From assembly GCA_964230645.1 (NCBI GenBank), contig CAXRHT010000003.1, positions 576,001 to 640,000 on the forward strand: 64,000 nucleotides of DNA, read 5' to 3'. Under the pieces are notes generated by a model. The model was not told where the DNA came from and ran no database searches. It saw only the letters and a list, made by a program, of their open reading frames with translations. Position 1 is the stretch's first letter, and each line of letters opens with the position of its first letter. Made by a program: the position numbers and the translations under genes. This document shows, piece by piece, positions 34,408-45,700 of this stretch. The DNA comes from Bdellovibrionales bacterium. Lineage in GTDB: Bacteria > Bdellovibrionota > Bdellovibrionia > Bdellovibrionales > JAGQZY01.

Positions 34408-36717
34408 CTATTGCGGTGAGATGAGTAGCTCTTTCTTGCTAAAATACATTTTCACTTTCTCCCAAGAGAGCGGAATTTTTATATATTCATTACGCTTCCA
34501 GAGTGCAGCCTGGTCATTGATTTGATCGTTGAGAATCCAGGCGTCCTGTCCTCCGTTAAGAACAAAATAATTTTCATCAAGAGAAGAGAGGTCACTGATG
34601 TGTCTTGCGCTGGCTCCGTAGCTTGTGGCCTCTTTTTCTTTATCGAATCGTCGGTTGTATTTGTTCACTGTATCTGAACTTCCGCTTACAGCACGATTTT
34701 CAAACCGAAAACGCTCTCCCACCAGCGGGAGCATCCCAAGGGGAGTGCTTTGCTTTTGCAAAAGGAATTCTCCCCAGGTGTTGAATTCTTTTTTGAACTC
34801 TTCCACCTCTACAATGGAGTCCTTGCTGAGTTTGACGATTCGTTCCTCAGGCATATCCTTTAGCCAGGTTAAGAGATAATCCTTCCAAGCCATACTGTCT
34901 TTTTCTTCTTGTTGAATTAGAGGCTGATCATCCCACCTCTTTAAATAATGCTGCCAAAGAGAGTAGGAGAGGCCATAAAAACTAAGAGCTTCTGAACTAT
35001 CTTCTTTATAGTGACCATCCCATTGTGACAGCTCTTTGATCAGTGTGGGTTTTGGAAACTCTTGAGTTTGGTTCCAAGCACCTACAATTCTTTGGGCGAT
35101 TTGAAATGACTTTCTAGAAAAATTATCGGTTTGTAGTTTTTTAAGGTCTTCGATTTTGATTTTCTTTTTACCGGATGTCACCTCTTTGAGTCTTTCCACG
35201 CGATCGTTATTGGCGTATCCAAAGGCAAAGGGAATTTCAGGAGACTCAAAAGGTTTGTTATTGGCTGATGCAATAAAGTTTTCAGAAGGATTATAAGGGT
35301 TGGGATGTTCTAAGGGAGATTTAATACGCACAATGGGATTGTCTCTTTTTTTGACAAGCTCCAAGGTTTTGTTTGAGTCTTTTAAAACCGGCTGTCCGTA
35401 GGCTGCAACCATGCCGATGTTGCCTTTGTCATCAGCATAAACCATGTTCATGGCTGAGACATTATAAGCCCTGAAGGCTTTTTTAAACTCTTCCCAATTA
35501 GAGGCCTTCGCTACATCTAAAAAGGTTTGTATTCCATCGGAGCCTTTCCTCCCGACCCAATCCAGAGCCACTTTGAAGGGTAATTTTTCTTTATCAAAAA
35601 AATCAAGGTCGGAAAGTATGGGCCCGTACTCGGTTTCTCTAATATCCACAGTCTTTGACCACAACCAACGTCTTTTAAGAGTTTCCGAACGAAGAGTAAT
35701 TTCTGATTCCGGAAGGTCGGAGACATCAAATAAATGAGAGCTAATTCCTCTCATATTGGTTCCTCCCCAGGCGATATGTTTATTGCGTCCGACTCCAATA
35801 ATGGGAACTCCGGGGATCATCATACCAAAGGCATGATAGCTCGGTGATTTAATGCCCATGAGGAGCCAAAAGTTAGGAAGAAAAAGGCCAACATGAGGAT
35901 CATTGGCGATCAAAGCGCCCGGACCATCGGATTTCTTACCTGAAACCACGACAGAGTTACTTCCTGATTTAGAAAACGACTTTATTAACGAACTTATCGC
36001 GGGCTCTTTTGAGTTGTCAAAAGTGGCCGTACTATTTTTTGCCTCTTCAAGTTGCCGATGGAAAATTTTCTCCCAACCCTTATTTTCGGCGAGTTTCAAA
36101 TATTTAATGTAGATAGCCCAAGACAGGTCCGAGGCGACCACCTGAGAAAGAGTAATGACCTCTAGAGTAGTGAATTCTTTCACATCACGATTGATCGCTT
36201 GATGAGTGATAGGAGTCTTTTTGAGATTTTTGATATACCAGTTTAAGCCGGCGGTGAAGTTAGTTATCCACTCTCGACTTTCTTCTGACATAATAGCCCA
36301 ACTATTTTTTGCTGCTCCCGAAAAGTTTAACATGCGAAGACCGTAGTCCACTTGTTCTACAACTGAAAAGGGGCCAGCCACTTCACTAAGGCGTCCTTGA
36401 GAAAGTAGGCGTAGGAGCTCTAACTGATCAATTCGAAGATGCGCATGCACAGCACCTACGGCAAAGGCCAAGTCGGAATCATTTTTAGCTTCAATAAAGG
36501 GGATCGAATAAGAGTCCCAGCGAATTTTTACTGTATTTTTTATGGGTGCCTTTTGGAGAGGAAAATCAGCAAACCGTTCCTCCTGAGTAAGATCATCAGG
36601 ATAGGTTAACAAAGTCGAACAAGATGTGGTCAATAAAATCAGGACGAAATGGAGGAGAAAACTTTTAAATATCAGAATCAGTGTCTTCCTTTTTGGATTG
36701 GCTAGTATTTTCTTCAT
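34408..36717 (-). CDS. Penicillin acylase family (S45, Ntn-hydrolase) lipoprotein
   Basis: WDSYSIPFI.A, GRLSE, beta-chain nucleophile GSNSVVVSG, ANDPH, NMVYAD..GNIG, SANN; lipobox-like LTTSC. Start chosen at MKK (36717) is uncertain. Confidence 0.9.
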   Translation of the reverse strand: MKKILANPKRKTLILIFKSFLLHFVLILLTTSCSTLLTYPDDLTQEERFADFPLQKAPIKNTVKIRWDSYSIPFIEAKNDSDLAFAVGAVHAHLRIDQLELLRLLSQGRLSEVAGPFSVVEQVDYGLRMLNFSGAAKNSWAIMSEESREWITNFTAGLNWYIKNLKKTPITHQAINRDVKEFTTLEVITLSQVVASDLSWAIYIKYLKLAENKGWEKIFHRQLEEAKNSTATFDNSKEPAISSLIKSFSKSGSNSVVVSGKKSDGPGALIANDPHVGLFLPNFWLLMGIKSPSYHAFGMMIPGVPIIGVGRNKHIAWGGTNMRGISSHLFDVSDLPESEITLRSETLKRRWLWSKTVDIRETEYGPILSDLDFFDKEKLPFKVALDWVGRKGSDGIQTFLDVAKASNWEEFKKAFRAYNVSAMNMVYADDKGNIGMVAAYGQPVLKDSNKTLELVKKRDNPIVRIKSPLEHPNPYNPSENFIASANNKPFESPEIPFAFGYANNDRVERLKEVTSGKKKIKIEDLKKLQTDNFSRKSFQIAQRIVGAWNQTQEFPKPTLIKELSQWDGHYKEDSSEALSFYGLSYSLWQHYLKRWDDQPLIQQEEKDSMAWKDYLLTWLKDMPEERIVKLSKDSIVEVEEFKKEFNTWGEFLLQKQSTPLGMLPLVGERFRFENRAVSGSSDTVNKYNRRFDKEKEATSYGASARHISDLSSLDENYFVLNGGQDAWILNDQINDQAALWKRNEYIKIPLSWEKVKMYFSKKELLISPQ

Positions 36718-37489
36718 CGAGCTCTTCTGGGGAGACAAACTCAACTCGTGAGCTAAAGCTAACGGAGGTTTTCTCACGGGGCTTATATCCCATCTTTTTG
36801 AGTCTGTTATGGAGATCATGGCCAACGGTGAGTAGAAAAGACTCAGCTACTTTTAAGCGATTGTAATGAGGGGAGATGAGCGAGTTTATTTTTTCGACAT
36901 CTGCTTTTTTTACACAGCGAGCAGCGGGCTTTGAAAAGTTTTGCGTCAGTGTTTGCTCATAGATATCGCGATACTTTCGACTCATATCTAAATAGTTTCC
37001 TACCAGATTGTTGTAGTAATAGGAGAGTAGGGAAATAATTCTCTTATTTTCCATATGTCTAAAAAGCCCTCGGCTCTTAATTACTTTCAAATACTCATGA
37101 CCCACATCGTAGTTGTTGTAGTGAAGAATAAGGGAAATGTTACAGATTTCGTCTTTACTCCCGCTTGCGGATAGGCTTTTTTCTTTTTCTTTGTCTTTGT
37201 CTTTGTCTTTGTCTTTGTCTTTGTCTTTGTCTTTGTCTTTGTCTTTGTCTTTGTCTTTGTCTTTGTCTTGGGCCTTTACGGCCTCCATTTCATGAAATGG
37301 CTCAATCTCGAAGCGAGCCACTTTTTTAGGTGGAGGCTCAGCCGGAAGCTGGTTTAGAATTTCAGTGAGATTAAAATCGAGTTCTCTTTTTTCAGTCAAA
37401 TCCTGTTGGTATTGGTCGAAATGAAAAGCGAAATAAACGCCAATGAAAATAAAAAGTCCATCCACAATTTTATCGGAAAGAAAGCCCAT
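36665..37489 (-). CDS. Membrane-anchored hypothetical protein with (DK)13 tract
   Basis: N-terminal TM (IFIGVYFAF); RBS AAGGTG; in-frame hexamer repeat. Confidence 0.75.
   Translation of the reverse strand: MGFLSDKIVDGLFIFIGVYFAFHFDQYQQDLTEKRELDFNLTEILNQLPAEPPPKKVARFEIEPFHEMEAVKAQDKDKDKDKDKDKDKDKDKDKDKDKDKEKEKSLSASGSKDEICNISLILHYNNYDVGHEYLKVIKSRGLFRHMENKRIISLLSYYYNNLVGNYLDMSRKYRDIYEQTLTQNFSKPAARCVKKADVEKINSLISPHYNRLKVAESFLLTVGHDLHNRLKKMGYKPREKTSVSFSSRVEFVSPEELDEENTSQSKKEDTDSDI
37188..37265. repeat. Hexanucleotide microsatellite (TCTTTG)13
   Basis: 13 perfect copies, read as Asp-Lys codons (GAC AAA) on the minus strand. Confidence 0.97.
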
Positions 37490-37585
37490 CTGACACCTTT
37501 TTGGTTAAGGTCTCTTTTTATCTCAAATTATCAGTTTTTTAAATTTTTTTTCTTGTTAGGGCTTAAGCTCTAAAACAGATGCCGT

Positions 37586-38422
37586 TCAGTCTTCGTCAAA
37601 ATCAGCATCAGGGAGTTTTGTATCTAACGTATCGATTGCTGAGAACATAAATAGGGGGATATTTCCACGAGAGGACTCGGATTGCAGAACTTTGCGGATC
37701 TTTTTTAAGCAATTCCTCTGCAGCTTAACGACCTCCCTGTAGGCCTGTGAGTTCACCGAGGAAGAATAATTGGCGTTGATGGGAGTTAAATAAAGGTCTG
37801 TGGGGTGATCCTGGAATTTCATAAAATCTGTGAGGATTTTAATTTTTCCAGCAATGTCCTCTGGTGAGGTCGCAAACCAATCGCCCAGAGTATGATAGCG
37901 TCCCCCTCTTTGCTCAATATATTCGAGGTCCAAAAGATTCTTAATCACTTTTTCCCCGAGGTTGCCAAACAGACGGACCGCACGCTCTTTAGAAAGTCCC
38001 ACCGGATGGCAGCAAAGTTTATAAATCAGATAGTACACGTCATTTTTGAGCATTTTATTGAGCTCAGGGTCAAAACGTCGGCTATGATCTTTTGCACCTG
38101 GGAAAACCTCATTGAGATAAGCACCAATCGGACCAGAAAATTGCTGGGTCAATTTGGGAATCTCTTTTTCCCCGCCGATATAACTGACAAGGTTAAGTAT
38201 CGTACTGGCAGTGGGAAGTGACTTAAAATCTTTGTTTTTTATACGTCTTAAAGTGGGCTCGCTCACATCACATCGCTGACTTAAAGCCATAAGACTGAGA
38301 TGAGGATGCTTTTCAAGGTAAGCTTCGACCAGCGAGGAGAGGGCGTTGAGGAGAGCCTCTTTTTTGGAAGTCTCCTCATTACGATTCGATTTTTCGATGG
38401 CCTTTTGAATATTTATATCCAT
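37586..38422 (-). CDS. HTH-domain protein, TIGR02147/DUF4423-like
   Basis: LSLMALSQRCDVSEPTLRRI HTH; central winged-helix-like KNLLDLEYIEQ; overall layout resembles the family expanded in Bdellovibrionota. Confidence 0.6.
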   Translation of the reverse strand: MDINIQKAIEKSNRNEETSKKEALLNALSSLVEAYLEKHPHLSLMALSQRCDVSEPTLRRIKNKDFKSLPTASTILNLVSYIGGEKEIPKLTQQFSGPIGAYLNEVFPGAKDHSRRFDPELNKMLKNDVYYLIYKLCCHPVGLSKERAVRLFGNLGEKVIKNLLDLEYIEQRGGRYHTLGDWFATSPEDIAGKIKILTDFMKFQDHPTDLYLTPINANYSSSVNSQAYREVVKLQRNCLKKIRKVLQSESSRGNIPLFMFSAIDTLDTKLPDADFDED

Positions 38423-39216
38423 ACATCCTCGGGTTCGCATTTTAAACTCTTCTCTTTACGGTCGAGGGCTTCCTCAGGCTTTAATGGCTGCGAAATCGAC
38501 TGAAGCTGTTGCAACATTTGACCTGTTATTCCATTACCACTGAGCTCGCCACCAAGAAGTTTTAGGGTGTCTTCATGAATTGATCCAGCACACTCTGGAG
38601 TACTGATATTCTTTTTAAGGTGGCTCGCAATTTTACTCCAATCCAAATCAGGGCTTTGTTGATCAAGGTAGGACAAATCATCGATGGGTCCAAGGGGGGA
38701 GTTGATCACATTAAAGCCGCTGTCATAAATGGCCTTCAACAATTGCTTCTCTTGCTGACTGACAGGACTTCTTTCCATATAAGTGATTTCAATATCTCGG
38801 TAAAACTCACCATCACAACTCGGAATTCTTTTTTTCAAAGTTTCTTTAAGAACATAGTCCCAGTCAGACTCCTTCGACTTTTCAAACACACTCACCGAAT
38901 AGTAGAGACTTTTAGAAAAAAAGCGGGTGATGACTTCCGTCCCATTCTCGTTCAGTTTAATTTCCTCCACCTCTGCCAATGGGCTAACATTAAGGCTCTT
39001 GCATGAGGAGGCTCCAGAGTCTTTACAGTCACTAAGACTTTTGAAAAACAGGTCTTTTCCATTGTGACAAAGTAAATTTCCCGGATAGCTTTCCATTCTT
39101 GAGATCACCACATGGTTATTCACTTTTACAATTTGTGGGTCTGAATTTAATTCATCGTGAGTCGCGGCAGCGCTAAATAGACACAGTGAGAGAGTGGAGA
39201 GTAGGATTTGAATCAA
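38413..39216 (-). CDS. Exported Cys-containing hypothetical protein
   Basis: AGGGGG RBS; signal peptide; overlaps the start of the HTH gene. Confidence 0.7.
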   Translation of the reverse strand: MIQILLSTLSLCLFSAAATHDELNSDPQIVKVNNHVVISRMESYPGNLLCHNGKDLFFKSLSDCKDSGASSCKSLNVSPLAEVEEIKLNENGTEVITRFFSKSLYYSVSVFEKSKESDWDYVLKETLKKRIPSCDGEFYRDIEITYMERSPVSQQEKQLLKAIYDSGFNVINSPLGPIDDLSYLDQQSPDLDWSKIASHLKKNISTPECAGSIHEDTLKLLGGELSGNGITGQMLQQLQSISQPLKPEEALDRKEKSLKCEPEDVWI

Positions 39217-39335
39217 ACGAGCCCCCTTTTCGTCGCGATTCTAGAACTTAGGAGATGACGAAGCCTATGTCGAACTCTGAGCTCGACTTGTAAAATTATT
39301 CTATAGTTCTTCAACGCAACTCAGCTTGAAATAGA

Positions 39336-39364
39336 AAAAGGCCTGGACAGAGCCCAGGCCTTTA
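39336..39364 (-). terminator. Rho-independent terminator
   Basis: AAAAGGCCTGG / CCAGGCCTTTT stem downstream of the tandem small genes. Confidence 0.85.
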
Positions 39365-39388
39365 TAAGCAAACAAACAGGTTAGAGAC

Positions 39389-39670
39389 TTAGTCTCTGCA
39401 GCTCACCTTAAAAGTGGCTTTTGTTCCAACAGGACGGAAAGATCCGTCTGCAGAAACAACATAAGAACCTTCGTTGCTGCTGTAAGTGTAAGCGTACACT
39501 TTTTGGTTGCCGCTGCATCCAGGAACACGAATTTGTCCGTTGTTGATCCCTTCAATAACTTGGGCCACTTCGGCTTCAGAGCTTACTGAAGTTGTGAAAG
39601 CCGTTGTTGTGTTGTCAGCCAAAGCTGTCATAGCGAAAAGTGTTGTTGCGGCGATAAGTAGTTTTTTCAT
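39389..39670 (-). CDS. Small secreted protein, paralog A (93 aa)
   Basis: GGAG RBS; MKKLL signal peptide; two Cys; 77/93 residues identical to the neighbour. Confidence 0.9.
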   Translation of the reverse strand: MKKLLIAATTLFAMTALADNTTTAFTTSVSSEAEVAQVIEGINNGQIRVPGCSGNQKVYAYTYSSNEGSYVVSADGSFRPVGTKATFKVSCRD

Positions 39671-39732
39671 TTTAATCTCCAATTCGTTAAAAAAAGTTAG
39701 TTAGTTAAAAGTAAGTGGTTTGTTTTTTTAAT

Positions 39733-40014
39733 TTAGTCTTGGCAACGCACTTTAAAAGTAGCTTTGCTTCCAACAGGGCGGAAAGAGCCGTCGGCTTTTA
39801 CAACATAAGAACCTTCGTTGTTGCTGTAGTTGTAAGCGTAGACTTTTTGTTGACCGTTACATCCAGGAACACGAATTCGTCCACTGTTGATCCCGGCGAT
39901 AACTTGAGCCACTTCGGCTTCAGAGCTAACAGAAGTAGTGAAAGCAGAAGTTCCCCAGTCAGCAGAAGCAGTAAGAGCAAAAAGAGTCGTTGCAGCGATT
40001 AATAGTTTTTTCAT
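39733..40014 (-). CDS. Small secreted protein, paralog B (93 aa)
   Basis: GGAGG RBS; MKKLL signal peptide; tandem duplicate. Confidence 0.9.
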   Translation of the reverse strand: MKKLLIAATTLFALTASADWGTSAFTTSVSSEAEVAQVIAGINSGRIRVPGCNGQQKVYAYNYSNNEGSYVVKADGSFRPVGSKATFKVRCQD

Positions 40015-40404
40015 TTTATCCTCCAAAAGGTTGTTTGATGTTGATTGCGTTGTTTTTGTTTTGCTGTTGAGCCAAGAGGTAAGGAAAACGAGCGAATTGG
40101 TCAAACTCTTACAAGACTCGAAAATCATTAAATAAAACAGGAACTCGCCGCATGTTTTGAGAAGACGAGTCAGATCCAATTTTTAGAATTTGATTCGTCG
40201 TGGAGAAGAAAAAGAGCCTTTTTATAAAATCACGACGAACCTAGCCGCCTTTGCGTGACGACCTGTTTAACGCAAGCTTTCAGCGACAAACCTCAGCTGA
40301 ATCAGGTTTTAGAGATATTCCCGAGGATTAAAAAGTTTAGATCTTCGCGACACTTGTCTAGCCGATCTGTTGCGCCCACAAGCCCCTCAGGAGACAATAA
40401 GTCT

Positions 40405-41517
40405 ATGAAATCGCAAGCAAAAAATGTTTTCCTCACTCTCTTTGTTCTGATCACCTTTGGTCTTATCCAAGTTTATTCTTCTAGTTATATCTTTGCTGTG
40501 GATAAATATGGGGATGGTCTGCTTTTTTTTAAAAAACAAATTATTTTCGTTTTAGCGGGACTCTTTCTCATTGGTCTTGTGGTTAAAACTCCTCAGAATT
40601 GGTTGATCCGTTTTGGTTGGATTCCCTGGACAGTTGCTGTCATTGGGCTTCTCTTAACATTTGTACCAGGAATCGGGGTGAGAGTGGGAGGAGCGCAGAG
40701 GTGGATCCCCTTAGCTTTTGGATTTCGCTTTGAGCCCTGTGAACTTATGAAAGTCTCTTTGCCTCTCATCTGTGCCTATTTTCTTTCCCGTCCTGATGAT
40801 CAGTGGGGGAGGTGGACCTGGGTCATTCGTGCCGGTCTAGTGTTGGGCCCCATTGGTGCTCTCCTTTTACAGCCCGACTTTGGCTCCTTTACGATTTGTC
40901 TTATGGTTCTAGCCACTATTCTTTTTGTTTGTGGTCTGCCTTGGCGCTATATTTTTGGTGCACTTATCGTATTGGTTCCGTCTTTTTATTTTCTTGTGAT
41001 GACTGTTCCTTACCGAAAAGCCCGTGTTTTAGCTTTTCTTGATCCATTTAAGAACGCTGAGTCCAGTGGGTTCCAGTTGATTCAAAGTATGATCAGTTTT
41101 CAATCGGGTGGGGTCAATGGTGTGGGTATTGGCAACGGCCAAGGAAAGCTGTTTTTTCTCCCTGCCGCTCACACCGACTTCACCCTGGCAGTATTAGGAG
41201 AAGAACTTGGTTTTATTGGTTTTATTCTTTTATTAAGTGCCTATGGCTTCTTAATATGGAAGTCCTTCCAACTGGCCTTCTCATTAAAGACTCTTGAAAA
41301 ACAAGTGCTAGCACTTGGTCTTACCGTCACCTTCGCCTACTCTATATTTGTGAATGTCGGAGTGACGTTGGGGCTTCTACCAACAAAGGGTCTCACCCTG
41401 CCATTTCTGAGTTATGGAGGAAGTTCTCTGCTAATTAATTGCTTTCTTTTCGCCATACTTTTGAACCTTTTTATTAACTATCAAAAGCCTCCGGCAAGAC
41501 GAGTCCGTCGCCGTTAA
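40405..41517 (+). CDS. ftsW: SEDS peptidoglycan polymerase FtsW
   Basis: GAQRWI, EP.ELMK, QPDFG, LP.AHTDF, P.KGLTLPFLSYGGSS; ATG at 40405 after AGGAG. Confidence 0.96.
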   Translation: MKSQAKNVFLTLFVLITFGLIQVYSSSYIFAVDKYGDGLLFFKKQIIFVLAGLFLIGLVVKTPQNWLIRFGWIPWTVAVIGLLLTFVPGIGVRVGGAQRWIPLAFGFRFEPCELMKVSLPLICAYFLSRPDDQWGRWTWVIRAGLVLGPIGALLLQPDFGSFTICLMVLATILFVCGLPWRYIFGALIVLVPSFYFLVMTVPYRKARVLAFLDPFKNAESSGFQLIQSMISFQSGGVNGVGIGNGQGKLFFLPAAHTDFTLAVLGEELGFIGFILLLSAYGFLIWKSFQLAFSLKTLEKQVLALGLTVTFAYSIFVNVGVTLGLLPTKGLTLPFLSYGGSSLLINCFLFAILLNLFINYQKPPARRVRRR

Positions 41518-41657
41518 ATAAATATAATTTCAATGACTTGAAGTGGGTCGATCGGCCCACCTGAATAAAGTTTAAACAGTCGTGAAAAGACTTCCTTGTG
41601 AAAGAATAGCGCTTAAATTCTTTCATTTCTACTGTCATAAATGGTGAAAACTAAAAG

Positions 41658-42785
41658 GTGGTCGGTGTGATTTTTATGTCTTCGAGATATCGTTTCGGTG
41701 TCGTTTCTGTTGTCGTTCTTTTGATTTCTATTTCTTCCTATGCGAACGAGCCTCAAGGGGACGTTCAATTTGATAAAGGACATCCACAAATTAACGAAAA
41801 AGTGGAGACGTTTGCTAACGCTGTGGCTCAGGCTTTTTTCTCAGACTTCAGTGAAAGCCAGGTGAACTTTCAAAGAACTCCAGAAGGCCTTATTGTTAAT
41901 GAAATGGGTCAGGGGCGATTGTTTGGTCAGTATCAGGGTCTTCTTGAAAAAGAGGGAGAGTCTTCCGAGGTGATGGCCGATTTCTCCATTCAGATGGGTA
42001 TCGAACAGGAACGTCAGCGTGAGTACGAAATTCACGTGGGTGCCAGTGGCGAGATTTCAAATCCTACTCTTTTTATGAATAATTACCTGAACCAAATCGC
42101 CTCTCAATGCGGAGGCTTTCGCCTCACTCAAAGACCTGTTCAACAACGCTACCTTTGTGATTCAATCGCTCAAGAGGAAGATCTCCTGAGTGATAACACT
42201 ACAGCTCCTCAAAAAGCCGCCCGAATCGCAGGAATCATGAAACAAGGCTTACTCTCTGAAATCGAAGCAATGACGGATCGAAGGCTAGAGCCTATTAAGG
42301 CAGAGTTTCTGGCTTTTGTTTCAGACAATATAACGATTACAGAAAACCCTGAGGAAACTCTTATTCAGGTAACCATGGGTGGGCTGGCTTCAAATTTTAG
42401 AGACGATGCTGGACTTTTTCTAAATGATCACGACTTAATTGATTACTCTTACGACCTTATCGAAATTCGTGTCAGTGAGGCATCCATTCAGTTTAACTAT
42501 CATATGATTAAGTACCATGTGATCTCGGCTTTCGACACGGCCATGATGGGTCTTGGCCAAATGCAAGGAACCCTTGAAAACCCAAACATTGGCCAATCCA
42601 TTGGAGAGGGAATTCGCGGTGAACAAGGGATAAAGGAAGCCATCCGCAGTAACGCTCGCTGGAGAGATCTGATCTCTTCAGTGGGTGTAGTAGGAATGGA
42701 TCTTCTTTTTGGAGGCGAAGACAATAATAGCGAAGCGGAGGAAGGTCTCGACTCTCCTGAGCTTGAAGAGCTAGGGCTGGACTAA
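41658..42785 (+). CDS. Exported acidic hypothetical protein
   Basis: Signal peptide ending SYA; first gene of a coupled three-gene block. Confidence 0.75.
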   Translation: MVGVIFMSSRYRFGVVSVVVLLISISSYANEPQGDVQFDKGHPQINEKVETFANAVAQAFFSDFSESQVNFQRTPEGLIVNEMGQGRLFGQYQGLLEKEGESSEVMADFSIQMGIEQERQREYEIHVGASGEISNPTLFMNNYLNQIASQCGGFRLTQRPVQQRYLCDSIAQEEDLLSDNTTAPQKAARIAGIMKQGLLSEIEAMTDRRLEPIKAEFLAFVSDNITITENPEETLIQVTMGGLASNFRDDAGLFLNDHDLIDYSYDLIEIRVSEASIQFNYHMIKYHVISAFDTAMMGLGQMQGTLENPNIGQSIGEGIRGEQGIKEAIRSNARWRDLISSVGVVGMDLLFGGEDNNSEAEEGLDSPELEELGLD

Positions 42786-42787
42786 GC

Positions 42788-45700
42788 ATGGACAATTTTA
42801 TCGTTTTAATGGTGGCCGCTCTCGTTTCCCTCCACCAGTATTTACCGGAGGATTCTGAGACCACACACAAGTATTATAACAATGTGGAGCAAATGCAGCG
42901 TCTGGATATTCTCCCTGCCGCAAATCAGTCTTGTCTTTACCTCTACAATTTATCAAAAACAGCGGGGATCGAAACCTTTGGAGCCGATGGAGCGTTGGGA
43001 ATCGCCGCGGGAACCCTTCTAGAACAAGGAGACGGACTGGGAGCCGCTCTTTCGTTGCTTGAATCAGATGCTATGGCAGAAAAGCTAGAGTCACGGGGTC
43101 TTAATCCAAGTGAGCTAAAAAACTTTTTTACTCGTTTATGTAATCCTGAATTCGATCCCTATAGCTTACCACAAGATTTAGAGTCTAAGGTGGAAGATTT
43201 CTTAAAAAATGAGATTCAAGTGCTTGATCAGCAGGACATTCACTCTCTAGGAAACTTTCAAGTCTACGGCGGCGTTGAAGTTTACGACAGTCAACTTCAG
43301 CCGGTAGGCATCCAAGGCGTGATGGAGAGAAAGTGGACGCCTTATAATGAAATCGGTCATGGTCTCTTTATTAGCTTGTTGGCGGCTGAAGATGAGCAAT
43401 TTTTTAGTCACGATGGGGTGAACACTCTTTCAGTAGCAAGGATTATAAAAGAAGCCCTTTCCAGTGACTCTGCCTCTGGTGGTTCCACCGTTACAATGCA
43501 GCTTCTTAAAAACCTTTACTTTGATAATTGGAAACCCTCAGAGATCGCCGAGTACAATCAGGGACAACTTGAAGATGTTTTGAGAAAGGTGAGAGAGTGG
43601 TATTGGTCGAAATCTTTTGAGCAAAATTTTAAAAGCGAGCAAAATCCTCTAGCTCATAAAGAAAAGGTTCTAGAGCTTTATTTTAACCTGGTGAATTTTG
43701 GCTTGGGTGTTCAAGGTATCCATCAGGCCTCCCAATTTTATTTCGGAAAAAGACCCAAAAACTTATCGGTCGCAGAGTCGGCTTATCTAGTGAGTTTGTT
43801 AAAAAGGCCGGCTTTTTATTCCGAGCCGGAAAACTATTTGGCTTGGACCAAGCCAAGACGTGATGACTATATTATCAATCGAATTGTTGAGATCTGCCAG
43901 CAAGCGGGCGATCAGGCACGTCCTCAAGGGGCTTTAAAGCTTATCGATCTTTGTAAAAGCACGGATATGGATAGCCCGGAAGAGGAAGAGATTGCCTCGA
44001 TAAAATCCGAACCTCTTCCTTTGTGGAGACCTTACGAATTGCCACAGGTAGAGCTTGCTGAGAGCGATTTGCCAGAAGCTTCACCGATTGCTGTCAATTT
44101 CACAGCCTCATTAACGCAAGGCTCAGCAGACTCCGAGTCGACAACGGAAGCTCATATTCCTTTTCTTCGACAAGCGGATAAAGTCGTTCAGCGAATAGTG
44201 ACCGAGAACCCTGGTATGCACAAAGAGTTGAAGGTTAAGACCACGATGGACTCTGAGCTGCAAAAAATTGTTTACTCTGCTGTTAGAGACAAATTGGATG
44301 CCTACGATCGGGAGCGCTCTTCGAGTCGATACATAAGACCTGCCAACGATGACCGAGGTCAGAGGGCCCGTCTTCGCAAAGAAGATTTAGGTTTTCGCTT
44401 TCTCTATAATATCGATCGTTTCACGACAAAACACTGGCGTCCTGATTATCGACTCCTTTTTAATGTGACTTTAAGTGCCGCTCGCACCAAGGAGATCACT
44501 CTTGAGCTTGCAAGTCTTGAGAGTGCTTTTATCAGTGTGGGCTTGAGTGAAGAGGCTAGCGACAAAGCTCAAGACGTTCTTAGGCAGCTTTTGTCGAACT
44601 CTAGGGATGTTGGCCAAGTGGATTTTGTAGAAATCACCCCCGAGGGAGGGCGCGTTCTTTCGCCACAGGAAGTGTTAGCTTCTCTGGACCTTTCGGAAAG
44701 TGAAGCCGAAGAGTTTCGAGAGTATTATTCCACAGGGTCAGTAGGACAAAATCTTATTCAAAACTCCCTCAACCGACTGAATCGTTACAAACAGAGAAAA
44801 GATCTCGATCCGATTGTACGTACCGAAGAGGGCGAATTTCTCACAACCGGTGGTCGGTCTGTCGAATTGAGCTCCTCTTCTCGCCAGAGAGCCAGTGAAC
44901 TCTCCCAAGGCAAAACCACATTTTTCTGGGGCGAGGCTTCTGGAGAAGACGGGTCCTCCTACAGTCTTGCGGCTCCCAAACTGCAAGCGGCGGTACTTGT
45001 TGTCGATAGTCAGACAGGAAAAGTCCTCGCTAATTTCGCGGGCTATGAAGCCGAAGCTGCTTTTTTTGACCGAAGCCTAGAGATGCAGAGACAGTATGGA
45101 TCGGCCCTAAAACCTTGGGTGTATTATCTCGCTTTAGAAAATGGTTTGAGTTTATCGACCACCCTTATTAACTCTTACGTAGAGTTCCCTTACGCTAACG
45201 GCACGAAGACCTACCGTCCAAGAAACTTTTCCTCTGGCACAACAACCCACGTTTCTTTACAAAACGCTATGATTAGCTCTTATAACATTGCCACTTATAG
45301 CCTATTAAAAACACCGGGTTGGGATGGGGAACTTCACTGGAGAGAGCGTTTTAATCAGCTGCGAAGTTTATTAGAAGATGTTGGCATATACGAAGAAACT
45401 GAAAACCAAATTCCTGTTGTTTTAGGAGCGCAAGTCTCCACTCTGCAAAAACTTGTGGATAGTTACACTTATTTTTCCAACGGATCAGAAATTAAGAAAA
45501 GTTATATGGTTGAAGGTATTGAAGACTACTTTGGAAACACTCTTTATCAACATCAGCCAGAGTCAATTGGCGTTCCTTCCAGACGAAGTTATTCTTTAAG
45601 AGATCTTCAGGAAATTTTAGCAAAAGTTGCCAACCGAGGAACGGCAGCGAGGTTGCGCAATTTTACGCGCCAGCTCTCGGACGGTCGTTTTCGAAGCCTT

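Noticed and set aside
41632..41649. Pho box upstream of the PBP block (CTGTCATAAAT)
   Set aside because: Only one half-site matches; the second (GGTGAAA) does not.
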